DNA from: Octopus bimaculoides
Taxonomy: Eukaryota
Assembly: GCF_001194135.2 (NCBI RefSeq)
Contig: NC_068990.1
Coordinates: 94,348,078 to 94,412,077 of the forward strand
Direction: 5' to 3'
Length of the DNA stretch: 64,000 nt
The position numbers were made by a program, and so were the translations under genes. Shown here in pieces: positions 1 through 13,500 of the stretch (the first letter of the stretch is position 1; each line of letters opens with the position of its first letter). The notes under the pieces were generated by a model, which saw nothing but the letters and a program-made list of their open reading frames with translations, ran no database searches and was not told the origin of the DNA.

Positions 1-58
1 TATATATATACACTGTCCAACCCATGCCAGCATGGACAACGGACGTTAAATGATGATG

Positions 59-93
<35 letters not shown>

Positions 94-803
94 CCTAATA
101 GCAGGCACAGTGCTTTTGCTGATGGTTTTATAGATCTGCATCTCGTTCTGAGCTGGTATGGACTCTGTTAGCCCTGAACGTCAAAGATGTGTTTGCTAGA
201 CAAAGGGAGGTCAGCATTGGGAGTCGTTTTCAGCTAAATAAGAATGGAACAACATCAAATGAAACACTTTCACAAGGACATCATCAACTGGCTGCTCCAA
301 TAGCAAACCTGTGGGCTTAGGATTGTGAGCCTAACGCTCTAATCACTAGGCCACATACCTTCATACCTTACATACCCACCATACCCTTCAGAATCGGAAT
401 TTCCTTAGCCTAAAACGTGGGATTCCGTTAAAAAATAAAAAAAAGTAAGCGGGGAAGGGTTTCGTTTACATATCCTCCATCTGGACTCTCTCTTTGATAA
501 AACTGTTTTTTTTTTTTATTCCTTTGCCAAACCAAAAGGAAAGTAAAATTTTTCTCCCCATCTCCCACCATCGCAAAAAAAAAAAAAAAGACGGCAGAAC
601 TAAATTATTCTCATATTTGAATTCATAAAAATTACCGTAACCGAATATTTTCTTTGAATTTATCTCGTGATTAGGACCTTTTATAATGAATTAATTGAGT
701 TTCATTTTTAATCTCTGCAATCGAAGCACAATTGCGTGTTCATCTGGCAAACCTAGCCTCGTTTTCGCCCCTCTTTTCAGAAGGAAGCACATGGAGTGAA
801 AGT

Positions 804-884
804 ATGTCGGAAGACAAGAGAGACCTTTATTTTAAAGTTTTAAATTCTTCAGATTATGGCAGTTTGCATGATAAGCAACACAAT
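804..884 (+). CDS. POLR1B: POLR1B exon 1 ([27 protein letters not shown])
   Basis: ATG at 804, donor gtaaga; weak match to the RPA2 N-terminus (human SLKHLTDPSYGIPREQQK); phase 0. Confidence 0.75.
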
Positions 885-3800
885 GTAAGACCTTACTTTA
901 TTTCATGTTATATTTGTTGAATTTAAGCGATGATTATGGCAACTCTTTCCTGTTATATTGTTATTTGTATTAACAGAACACGTGTCTCTTCAGTTAGATT
1001 CGGTCTCGGTTAAAGTAAACAAATCAATAAATGTGGATGAATCCAATTTAATATTGAATCTGAACACGATCTATTAATAACTCTGTTTTGTTATTAATCT
1101 TTCTAAATAATTCTTTAACAATATATATCCTGATCATCGGTTTCTGTCTTCATCGTCCTGTACACACGCAATTCATCACCAATGTTTCAACTTTGATTAA
1201 AAGTTCCTATGAACCCTCTGAACAAATGAATAACAAACTGTTGCCTTTTATTGTTTCTTTCTTGGCACCATCATTCGTTTCAATGAAATAGTCTTGAAAT
1301 TTATTATTACATTTCCCTTCAATATTCGTTTAGAGCAAGTTGTTTTACACTTTTTACTCTATTTTTCTTTCGTTTTTCTGCTCGGGTTAAACGCTTTAGT
1401 TTAACCATATATTCTATTCTGTAAAATATTAGGCTTTTTGTACCGTTACGAAACTGTTGTTAAATATTACTTGGATTGTTTTATGTACTTTTAGGAAATT
1501 TGTTTTCACTTTAAAATAACAAAAATATCGTTTTCATGTCCAACGGATGCTGTAAGTTAGAAATCACTTTCTAAACCCAGTGCACGGCTCTGATTTCCAA
1601 TCGGAGTATTAGTTCTTCCAATTGTGTTGCTAATTTAATAATTTTTCATGAACATTTAGTGGCATATGTCAATTTAAATTGACTTCGCATCGAAACTTGG
1701 ATTATGTCGCAGTACGATCCTAAAGTATTTACAAATTGATTTGATTGTTATAGGAATATCGTTGTGGCCTGTTACAACTGTAAGTTTTCGGTGTCCGGAG
1801 AACTTGTTCTGGTTTCGGTTTTCAATTATAAACTGGTGTCTTAACGCTTTGAAAGAAGGTACATTTATCACATCTAAAACTGAAGCCATCGTCATCATCA
1901 TCATCATTGCCTATACGTAATATTGCAGCACAGCAAAATCTCTCAAATTATGCCTCACCGTTTTAAATATAGAAAGTACATATTAGATAATGTAGTGCTA
2001 TTTACCCTTAAAAAGACCAATGCTCACGGCCATAATGCCTTTGATAACAGACCTTACTGGATCAGAGTGAATCTGCGATTAAACAACAACGATATTGTTA
2101 AAACGATGTCGGCCAGATCAAAATGATTTTACATGTTTCTACAGAATTGTCACCTTTTTGGAAGAAGAAAAGCATTACATAGCAAATAGGCAACTTTTGG
2201 TTATCCATTTCAAATAGCAATTAGGTTGAAAGGAGTAGAATATATACAGATTTTTAATGTGGAACTCAACTGATAGGCTTCATTACTGTAAGCAATTCTG
2301 AAATATGAGTCCTGCTAAGATTAGGATTGTTGCATGAAGGGCTTAAAGACACAAATCCTGAAATTGTTCAGAACTTTCTGGACAACCTGATACATACAAA
2401 TAAATGAGTTAAAAGAGTTTTTAAGAAACTTTTGTGTAAAAAAAATAAGAAAGGAGAGAAAAGTAATTAATTTGCATAATCTGTGCAAGTAATTTATATA
2501 ATTTATGTTTATCTCTACTTTCAGCTTATTCAGTATTTGGTACGTTCACATGTGGATTCCTTCAATTTTATGCTTGCTAACACTCTCCAGAGAAGTTTAG
2601 AGGTAAGTTGTTGATTCATCTACAAGTTAAGAAATTATTTGTAACTAAGGCAAAAAATGTGTTCCTTTTTTTATCTGTTACACAGAGAAAAGTCACTTCA
2701 GACTTCAGTGAGCAGAGATAGTTTTTAATCTCTTTAAATAGGCAAGGCATCTTTACTTACACATTTTGCTCTATGCTAATCTTGTGTTTATAATCCCAGA
2801 GCAAAAGGTATGACAGTTGTGAGGTTAAGGTACTAGTCCATTGACCACATGGTCATAAGTTTAGACAGTATTATGTCACTTAACTCTGCTTACTCCATCT
2901 GTCTGGAACAGGTTCCACCCTCTAGGTCACACTTGAGTGGTCAGCATTAGAGAAGATATCTATCTGCTATCTGTGAAAACAGTTGTTCCAACAAATAACC
3001 ATCTCATGATAACTGTAAAACATTGAAAAAACAAAATGTGTTAAATTAAGTTTATTATTTTTAAGAACATTTACTGACAGGAAGATTACAATACTGAGAG
3101 TAGAGTTAATCAGAATATAATAGGAAGGCAAATGTCTCTATGCCCAAGCAACCTATTTGCAACTAACTTTGAAGACAAATTTGAGATCCTTTGTTTGTCA
3201 AAGTGCATGTTCTCTTTATGTTAATAATTTTGCTACAGTAAATATTACTGTAGAATATATTTGGTGACCCTGCCAGTTCTGGTGCCACTTAAAAAGCGTC
3301 CAGTTCATACTGTAAAGTGGTTGACATTTGGAAGAGCATCCAGCTGTAAAAACCATGCCACAACCGAAGTCTGGTGCAGTCTTTTGCCTGGCCAGCTCCT
3401 GTCAAATGGTTCAACTCCTGTCAGCATAGAAGAAGGAGGAGGATATTCTATAGTGGCACAAAAATTAGCATTCTTTAGCCTTCCATCATGTTTCATTTAT
3501 TTCTAATGATTTCCAAATTCAATTTATTCCAGAATTTGCCTGAGCATGCATTTAGGACTGAATATGGACAAATTATTTCTTTCAACATTAAGGTAAGTAA
3601 CGGAAGAGTGATGCTAGACATTTTGTAATTTAGTGGAGAAATTAATTTTGTAGATTTATCCATAACAAATATATCTCAGTTCACTACAAGCTACACAAAT
3701 GCATGAGATATTGGTCCCTCAACCCCAACAACGAGACAGAACTATATATCACCATAAGCCTTATTATTTGTTCCTCAAGAAAATCTTCATGAACTGCTTC

Positions 3801-4904
3801 TTACCACAGCTGCCCATAGGATCAATAATGAATTTTACAGGATCTAAAAAATATTACATTCACACACATGGTCTATTGTTCATCTTAAACACTGATGTAC
3901 AAAAACAGGTTTGGCTATTATTATTGATGATGATGATGATGATGATGGTGATGGTGATGATGTTGTTTAGCCCTCAGTCAGTGATTGAGTAAATTTATTG
4001 TCAAAGGTATTCCAGCTACAAACATTTGATTTTTGATCCTAGGTTAGCTTACATTATCCAATAGTTCATTACTTCTTCAAGGCAGTTGGATGTGATTTGA
4101 GGAAAATATGGCAGGTTCATAGAATTGGCCTCTGTTGCTGCAAGTAATAGCATTGTGTTGAGGGTTAAAGATGGGTGGAAGCAGTTTTGAAAATTAGTAA
4201 TGCTTAGAGAACTCCTTAGAAGTTGTTGATTGTTTCTATCATGTAAAGTGAATAGATTAGCAATGGAGGAGGGTGTAGTTCTAAATATGTTGTAGTTTCA
4301 TCAGAGGAATTGTTACTTCTGCCAGCAACAAAAGGATTCTCTGAAAAAAAGGCAGAGTGTACAAAGTGTCATGTGGCATGGCAGCAAAATATAGGCATTG
4401 AACGTGGAGGGTTTTCAAAAGCTGGGGGAAAAATGAAGCAGATGTGTAAGGTCCGTATGAATGATGGACCATTAATGGAACTATGAAAAACTGAAGACTG
4501 AAATGGAGATACATATGGATGATTAACAGTGGTTAAAGAAGTCCTAAGCAATCTAGATGGGAGGAACCTGCAGACCCAGGATGACACGAGAAGGAATGGT
4601 AAAAGCTAATTTCAGGAGGTTGAACTGCATAAAAGAGATGGCAAAGAGATCACAAACGATAAGATTTTGTGCTGGAGAAAAACACATCTAGCACATGCGA
4701 GTAGGTAAAAACCAGGTGTAAAATGATGGTGAAAACAAGGATAATGGCGTTATTTCTTTTTTGTGTATTTCTGTGGATAAATTTTGAATTTCCTAATTTT
4801 TTATTTTTTTTTTAGGATATCTTTATTGGTAATCCCACAGTTTCCAAATCAAATGTGTCTGGAGCAACACAGATACTTTATCCAGCAGAAGTAAGTTGTT
4901 ACTA

Positions 4905-4936
<32 letters not shown>

Positions 4937-7900
4937 ACAACAAGCAGCAGCAGCAGCAGAGGTGCTTTGCTGAATCATTATCACAAAGGGGACAAAATGC
5001 TGAGTAGCATCTCTTCCAGTTTTATGTTCTGTGTTCAAATTCTGCTAAGGTCAACTTCACTTTTCATCCCTTTGGGGTTGACAAAATAAGTAACAGGTTG
5101 AGCACTGGGGTCATTGTAATTCAGTAGCCCCTCTCTGAAAATTTCAGGCCTTGTGCCTGAACTGGCAGAATCACAAATGCTTCGCAGCATTTCATCAGTA
5201 TTCATGTTCTGAGGTTGACTTTGCCTTTCATCCTTTCAGGGTTATTAAAATAAGGTACCAGTCATGTATTGGGGTTGATGCAATCGACTAACCCTTACCT
5301 CCTTCTTGTGCTGAAATTCGAAACATCTATTATCATCAAGCTGCCAGAATTGTTAGCACATCGAACGAAGTGCTCAACAGCATTTCTTCTGATTGTGTAC
5401 CCTGTGCCACAATTAGAGAAAGTTGTTGTTGCTGCCTCTGTTGTTGTAATAATGAATTGACAAAATCTGTGTTGCAGAGACAAAATGTCTAAGATCCAAT
5501 CCCATCAAAATCAACTTTGGCTTTCATTCCTTCTGGATCAATAAAATAAAATAGCAGTCAAATACTGGATTTGATATAATATGGACTGGCCACTTCCCTA
5601 AAATATGATGTTGTGTACCTCTGTGAGAAGTTATTCTTAGTGGCAGCAGATTGGCAGAACTATTAGAACATTGGACAAAATGCTTTGCAGTCAATTCAAA
5701 AATTAAAATTTATTAACATAATATTATATTCTTATAATAATATAATAGATATTAAATACAAATTACATACAATTGTTTCAATTCTTACCCATAATAAAAT
5801 TATAAAAATCCATATATGTGAATGTGTGTATGTTTGTGTTTTTGTGATATTATCACATGATAGTTGTAAATAAGTGTGTCCTTCATTTCCAATATTCTGT
5901 GCAAACATGTCGGAACTTGGGGAAATGTTAATTGGAAACAGATGATGGTTAGCAACAGGAAGGGCTTATAGTGACCATAGAAAATCTGCCTCAACAAATA
6001 CCATCTTACCCATGCAAGCATGGAAAAGTAAGATAATGATTATATATAATGTGTGTGTGTGTTTAATTTGAATAATATTCTCTCTTCTTTTCAATAAAGT
6101 GTCGTCAAAGAAGAATCTCTTATACGGGTCCATTAATTGTCACACTTGGCTGGTCCATTGATGGAATCAAACAAGAAGCAATTCCTAAATATTTAGGAGA
6201 CGTTCCTGTTATGGTAAAAGTATGTGATTTTCCTGGGTTTCTTTTTCCTGATTTACCTCTTGTCACCATAATGGGTAGGATAGGTTTGTAAATTATATAT
6301 ATTTATGTCTCCACCTCACTCCTCATCCTTGCTGATGCTTTCATTCTCCTTGTATTTAAATGCTGCTTTTGGCTGAATAGACCCAAAGCACAGTACTTTG
6401 CCATACATTCAGAATCCAATCTAATTACCATTTTTACAAGCCTTCTTGTACTTACCTCTGCCTCTTCTGGTGCTTACCTCTACATTACCAGCTTCTTCTC
6501 CTGTTCACTCGGCATATCTCATCCATTCACATTCTAGATGGTGAAACAAAATATTGCTCTCTCTTTTGCAAGCAGAACATTATTTTGATGGGTTTTGCAT
6601 AGCTCAATGTAAGGCATTCACTTATTGGCTGATCATTGAATGTTGATGTATTGAAGCATCGCTAAAGGGACCCCCACCACATGCATTCCTGTGGAATCCC
6701 CCTGACAACATATATTTGAAAGGATATTTTTATGGATTGAAATACTCAAGGTCAGCATGGCAGTGTCTTTCTGTTCACAAAACGCAGACTTTCTCCAATG
6801 TAGACTAAATGTTTGATATCTTAGAGGAGTCAGAAAGTAACGACAACAGTTTGGATAGTGGAAATGATGTTAATTTGTCTTGTTATGATTCTGATACTGA
6901 TTCAGATGATAAGCACAAGACACGTTTAAGTCATGAAGATATTGAGGATGTGTATGAGTCTGGCAGTGCTGAGTCTAGTAAAGGAAATGAGCTGCGGAGG
7001 GAGAATGAGGCCCCTGTTAATGCAGATGATGTCCCTGCAGATAACTTGTTACATGGAATTAACTTGAAAATAACAAATCCCCTGTGTATAAATGATTTTG
7101 TGGATCAAAGTGGACCAGAATGGACGCCAACTGAAGCTAGGGGCCTGATGATTTTTATTCATTTATTTTTTGGCTGCTATTAGTGTTGGGTCTTCACTTT
7201 AAGATTATCTTGGGACAGAAGCCAATAAATATTTCACCTACTCTATGGGAAGTGTGGAACAACTTCAAAAGCATTCCAAAATGTAGGCAAAGTGGCCGAG
7301 CACCTTTCAAGTGTGGGCCCCACGGAGGCAATGACCGAGACCTTTGGCATTACATCATGTTTGAGAAGAAGACCCATCAAGCTGAACAAAATCACAGTCG
7401 TGGCAGAGACCGGTGTCATGCAAATGGCACCCATGCTGGTGGCACGTAAAAGCATCCATTATACTCTTGGCGTGGTTGGTGTTAGGAAGAGTATCCAGCC
7501 GTAGAAAACCATGCCAAATCAGACTGGATCCTTTCCAGCGTGCCAACCCAGTCAAACTGTTCAACCTATGCCAGTATGGACAATGGATGTTAAATGAAGA
7601 TGATGATGGTCTTTGGCAACCACTGATGGTTGAGAAAAAGACAAGCATTTGTCAGTTTGCTTTTGAATGTGGGATAATTCACCCACACCACAAGAATTTT
7701 AAAAATTGAATGAGTTAACTGACGTAGTCGTAGACATAATTTGTAACTAGTAGACTTAATTGAGGGGGTAGATTAAATTTACTTTAATTAATACATTGAG
7801 AAAAATACAAATGTCACAACTTGCTGTTTCTGTTTCTTTTACGAATTTTAAAAGTTTGTATCTAATTAAATTTCTACTTTTTGTTGCAGTCTAATATTTG

Positions 7901-10450
7901 TAACTTAAAGAATTTAACACCAACTGAACTTGTTCAGAAAGGCGAAGAAGCAGAGGTACGTGAACATTTTAAAAGAATATCATTTTCATGTTTTGTAGTT
8001 TGGTTCTGTGTTATGTCCCTGGCAAAGATATTTAATTTTGTGTGCTGCTTCTCTTTAAACTGTATCCATGAGGGTGTTGTGGGTAGTGAGGGAACGACTC
8101 TAGCTTGTGCTGAGCTAGTCTTTACGTGACTGTGTAGTTAAAAAGTTCACTTCCCAACCACATGGTTTCAGGTTCAGCCCTCTGCTTAGCACCTTGGGCA
8201 AGTGTCTTCCACTGTAGACCCGAGCTTGTATAAACAAAGGGAGAGGGAAACATTAAAACAGCTGAAGTCAAATAAGCGAATGACACCAAATAGGTGATGT
8301 CAAAACGGCCAAAATGTCTCACACCTTAGATTTGAGAGGAGTTGGGTTGTACATCATCATTATCATCATTTAACATTTGTTTTCCATGCTGGCACGAGTT
8401 AGATGGTTTGACAGGAACTTGTAAGGCCATGTTTTGGCTTAGTTTCTACAGCTGGATGCCCTTCCTAATGCCAACCACTCTACAGAGTGGATCATCATTT
8501 TTAATGTCTGCTTTCCATGCTGGTATGGGTTGGACGGTTTGACATAGAGTTGGTTAGCAGGGAACTGTCCAAACTCCAGCTGTCTGTTGTGGCATGGTTT
8601 TTATGACTGAATGCCTTTCTTAATGCCAACCACTTAACAGAGTGTGCTGGGTGCTTTTATGCAGCAGTGACATGGGTATGTCAATGCAGTAGTGGCACAG
8701 AGGCTTTTGAAGTGGAGCACCAACAACATCTAAAATGACAAACCTGTATCTGTGGAAGACAGCGATTTCACTTAACTTGATGCGTCTTCTCAAGTACAGC
8801 AAACCACCACAACTCCTGGTCCCTTGTCATTTCCTCAGTGAGGGCCAGCATCTAAAGATCCTTTCTTACCACTTTGTCCCATGTCTTCCTTGGTCTACCC
8901 CTTCCATGGGTTCTCTCTGCAATTAGAGATCGGCACTTCTTTATGCAGCTGTCCTCATCCATACGCATCACATGACCAAACCAGTGCAGTCTTCACTCCT
9001 GCACACAACATCCGATGCCTCTTACACCCAGTTTTTGTCTTAAATCAATTATATTCTGCCATGTGTGCACACTGACATTAGCCATCCAGCAGAGCATGCT
9101 GGCTTCATTTCTTTCAAGCCTTTGTAAGTCTTCTGTAGTCAAAAGCCTCTGTTTCACTGCCATCTAACAAAGCTGTATGTACATAGGCATCATGCAATCT
9201 GCCTTTTACTCTGACAGAGAGGCCCTTAGTTACTAGCAAATGTAGGAGCTCCCTGAACTTTGCTCAACCCATTCTTATCCTAGCAACTACACTTTCAGAA
9301 CTTCCTCCACCACTGCTAACTCGGCACCATCTCCAATTCATTTTACCCAGTACCTTGGTATTAGGATATCAATTCTGTTGTGGTGGGCAGGTCTTCTTGA
9401 GTGCAGCAATACGCCATATATCTTGGTCATCTGTCACCTTCTTCTTGATAAGGAAAATTAAAATGTGCCCTCTGGGATCTTTTAAATATGACATCTCAAA
9501 ATTGAACCTATACTCTCCAGCTATATTATATGTGTTAAGTTCAAGTTGATTGACTATATTACCCTTATTAAAAAAATGCATTTTACTCAAAGAAAAAAAT
9601 CTTATTTTTCATTTCCAGGAAGCTGGTGGATATTTCATAATTAATGGGATTGAAAAAGTTGTGCGCTTAATTGTTGAATTAAGAAAAAATTACGTAAGTA
9701 TTGTGCAATCCTCTAACTTATTTGCTGTGTTAGATGTACTTCATCTAAAACTGTTTATCCTGTCCTTATGTTTTTATTGTGTTTTGTGTGAAAACAATCT
9801 ATAATGCCATACATCCTGAAATTGCTAACACTACTCCTGGTGTACCGATGTACCCATGCCTCTTCATATTTCTTGTACACTTCCCTTTTCTGTCTTTTTC
9901 TGTGTACTGTGCATCTGCTTAAAGCCTTCGTTGCTGTCTTTCTTAACTTGGCTTTATGGCTGTTGTCATCATCATCATCATCATCCTCATTTAGCATCCT
10001 TTGTCCATGTTGGCATGGGTTGGATGGGTTGACCAGGGTTGGTAAGCTGAGGGGCTGCACCTGACTCCAGTCTGATTTAGAATGGTTTCTATGACCGGAT
10101 GCCCTTCCTAACACCAACCACTCTGGTGCCAGTTGCATGACATCAGTGTTGCGAACCTGAGCATTGTTTCCAACAAGCTCCTCTTCATCGTTGGCATCAG
10201 TGTCATTAAGGCAGCGAGCTGGCAGAACGGTCAGCACTCTGGGCAATACGCTTTGTGGCATTTCGTCTGCCTTTACGTTCTGAGTTCAAATTCTGCCGAG
10301 GTCAACTTTGCCTTTCATCCTTTCAGTGTTGATCAGTGTTGATGAAATAAGTACCAGTTATGTACTTGGTGTTGATAGCCCCTCCCCTCAAATTTCAGGC
10401 CTTCTGCCTACAGTAGAAAGGATTATTATTGTTATCATTTTTGCTTGTTC

Positions 10451-10520
<70 letters not shown>

Positions 10521-13500
10521 GTATATATATGGAGAGAGTGGGGAGGAAGGGAGACCAACAAAGAAACAAAATGGGAATAGCTGAATTAGTGAAAAAAAAA
10601 AAAGACTGGCAAAATCTGAAAGAGAGAGAGCAGGAAGGTCTATACTATGAGAGAGAGTGGTTTTTATTATTAGAAAATGTGAGGGAGAGGGATGTCTATT
10701 ATTAGAGAGAGTGAGGGGGAGGAAGGAGGTGTATGTTATTCTGTTATTCTGTTATTCTGTTATTCCAACTCAGCTATGACAAGTACCAGCAGAACTAAGG
10801 CGAGCAGTTTTCTGATTTTAGATCTGTTGTTGTCAGCTCATTGTTTGAGCAGACCAACGTTTCTGTTCTTGTTAGGTACTTCTCTATCAAATGAGGATTA
10901 ACTGAAGTTCATAGAGTATCACTGGTATTGTATTGAAACATAACAGAGTTTGTATTAATTTCATTCCTTGTAGCCTTTATGCGTAAAACAACAATCCTTG
11001 AAGAAAGCTGGAGAGCTTTTCACTGAATATGCTTTGAAAATCAGATGTCAGAAGCCAAATGGCTTTTCAAAGGTATGACAATATTTTGATCTTGTTTAAT
11101 AAGTGGTGAGTGAGTCATTAACATAATGGTATTCCAATTCACTGGTAATACATTTAAACATTATCATAGTTACTATATTACATTACCTGGTTCATCATCA
11201 CTGAATCTATAAAAAAGGGAAATATCATCAAAGTTTTCTACCTAAATGGTTGGTCAGGAAAGGAACATGAAGTTGTAAAGTCTAAAAAGCATCTGTGCAT
11301 ATTGCCGTGCATTTTAGAAGTTGACATAGAAGCATGTGCTTTTGGATTCAGTTTCTCTGCACAACATTATGAGAAAGGGTCTTCTAGAGGGCCAACGTAA
11401 GCTTTGTGAGTGAATTTGGTATTATAGCTATTAGGCCCCCACACTGATAATTTATTTTTAGTGATGACAGTTTGTGTAGGACCTGCTGCACTCTTTGGAA
11501 ATGTTGATAGCAGAAAGTTGGTGCCAATGTTTCTCACAAACTCAATGAACAACATACCATAGGCTTTTCTATTAATTCTCCATCTCTTAGGTTAATTGCT
11601 TTTGCTACAGCTTAGAACCCAACCCACCCTGGTAGGCTAAATATCTACCTAGGCACCACACCTAAAATGTCAAGTCCTCATACATATGTATGTATATATA
11701 TGTTTCAATTGTCACCAGGTAAGCAAAACACTGCTGGTGTTGACATTCTTTGTTGCTCTGAACTTTTGAAGACTTGTGGAAAATCCTTTATCTGAAAAAT
11801 GAAAGTTCATGAGAGGAAGAACTTCAAGCTATAAAATTCTACTCCAAAATCAATTTCCTGTCCAAGCCACGTTAACAGAAAACCAGGTATTTAACAAACA
11901 CATGCATAAAATATTGGTCATGTTAAAAGAAGCAATAACTGAAGTCTACTATTGAAATTTTCTGTTTTTAAAATAAGTCTGTTCCTTATTATTGAAATAT
12001 TCTCCTGTACTCCTTAATGACGAATGGTTTTTAGTCATAATTTATTTTAACAAATTCTATGATCTGTTGTTGAGCAGCATTTGGTTGATAAATAATGTAT
12101 CGCCAGTCCAGTGTGATGGACTTGTGGAAACATTCATTAGACCAGATGTCTTATAGTATTTGTATCCAACCCTTTGCATTCTGAGTTCAAATCCTGCCAT
12201 GTTCTACTTGGGTGGGAGACTTAATTCATCACCTGATTTTTAATGCCACCACTTGGCACCTTTGGCCGTCACCACTCTTTTGATAGCATTTGGACCATGT
12301 CTCTCATTGAAGGATACCTTAATCCTACCAATACCATGGACACTGCTTTCCCCACTCACTGAAATGTCAAAACAAAAAACTTTACTTGATGATGGATCGA
12401 GTTATCATTTGGCTTTATTGGTGCAAATTATTTCTTTTGATATAGCTTGGTGTGGAGTATTATTAAATTGAAAATCTGTGACATAGAACAATATAATGTG
12501 ACATTATTAAGCCATGTAATTTCTCAAATTGTGAACCTAGAATTTGCTAATCACTGTTTTATCTTTTCCTTTTCAGGAATTGACTTTTCATTATCTCAGC
12601 AATGGTTGTGTCCAAGTTTCGTTCCAATTTGCTAAAAGTATTTACATTGTGCCAATCATGTATTTGCTGAAAGTAAGTGTGATCTGCTCAGTGACATGTC
12701 ATTGTAGCCATTCAATGTTATAAGCTGATCGTTCTCTTACCATATTTCTGTTTGAAATATGCTGCCTTTATTTCAGTTAATTTTGAAAATCATGAAGAAT
12801 TTCGGTAAAATTACTCTGTCATTCAAAGCTGGTGTTTAGAACATGAATTTTTGTTGGAAGAATTTTAATTTAGTCTTAGTGAGAGTTTTCAAATTTGATC
12901 CCTTTAAAACAGAAAAGTTATATCATAAAACCAGGAGCAATCTTAGGTAGATTGATATAAAAAGGGTTGAATTGAAACAGGGACCTATAAAATTAATGTG
13001 TGATTAAATGATGGCATATTATGGTCAGAAATATTGCATGATGGGTAGATAGTGGAATCAGTTGAGCATCAGATAAAATACCTAGTGGTATTTGATTACT
13101 TTTTGATTTTAAACCGAGATCAGGTTCACTGCACTTATCGTCTATCACCATCATCATCATCATCTGCTTTTCATGTTAGCATGGGTTAGATGGTTTGACT
13201 GACACTAGTAAACTGAGGGCTGTATCAGGTTCCAATTTGGCATGGTTTCCTTCAGCTGGATGCCCTTCCTAATGCCAGGGTGCTTTTCACTTTCCAACAG
13301 CACGGGGGCCAGTTACCAGCACTGGCCATGACTACAATTCCACTTGGCTTTTGATGTATCTTCTCAAGCACAGCATATCACCAAACGTCTTGGTCACTTG
13401 TCATTGCCTCCATGAGGCCCAACATTCAAACGGTACTTTTTATGTATCTGTTACATTACACCGACATTGGCCACAGTTAGCTGCGTTGGTCTTTTCAAGA

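Noticed and set aside
732-803. Longer POLR1B N-terminus from the ORF track (MRVHLANL...)
   Set aside because: It starts at TTG. The ATG at 804 gives a length (1127 aa) close to known RPA2 proteins.
9755-10261. 168-aa minus-strand ORF and overlapping ORFs at 16640-17132
   Set aside because: They are composed of RTE 3' UTR and SINE sequence with (CAT)n tails; not genes.
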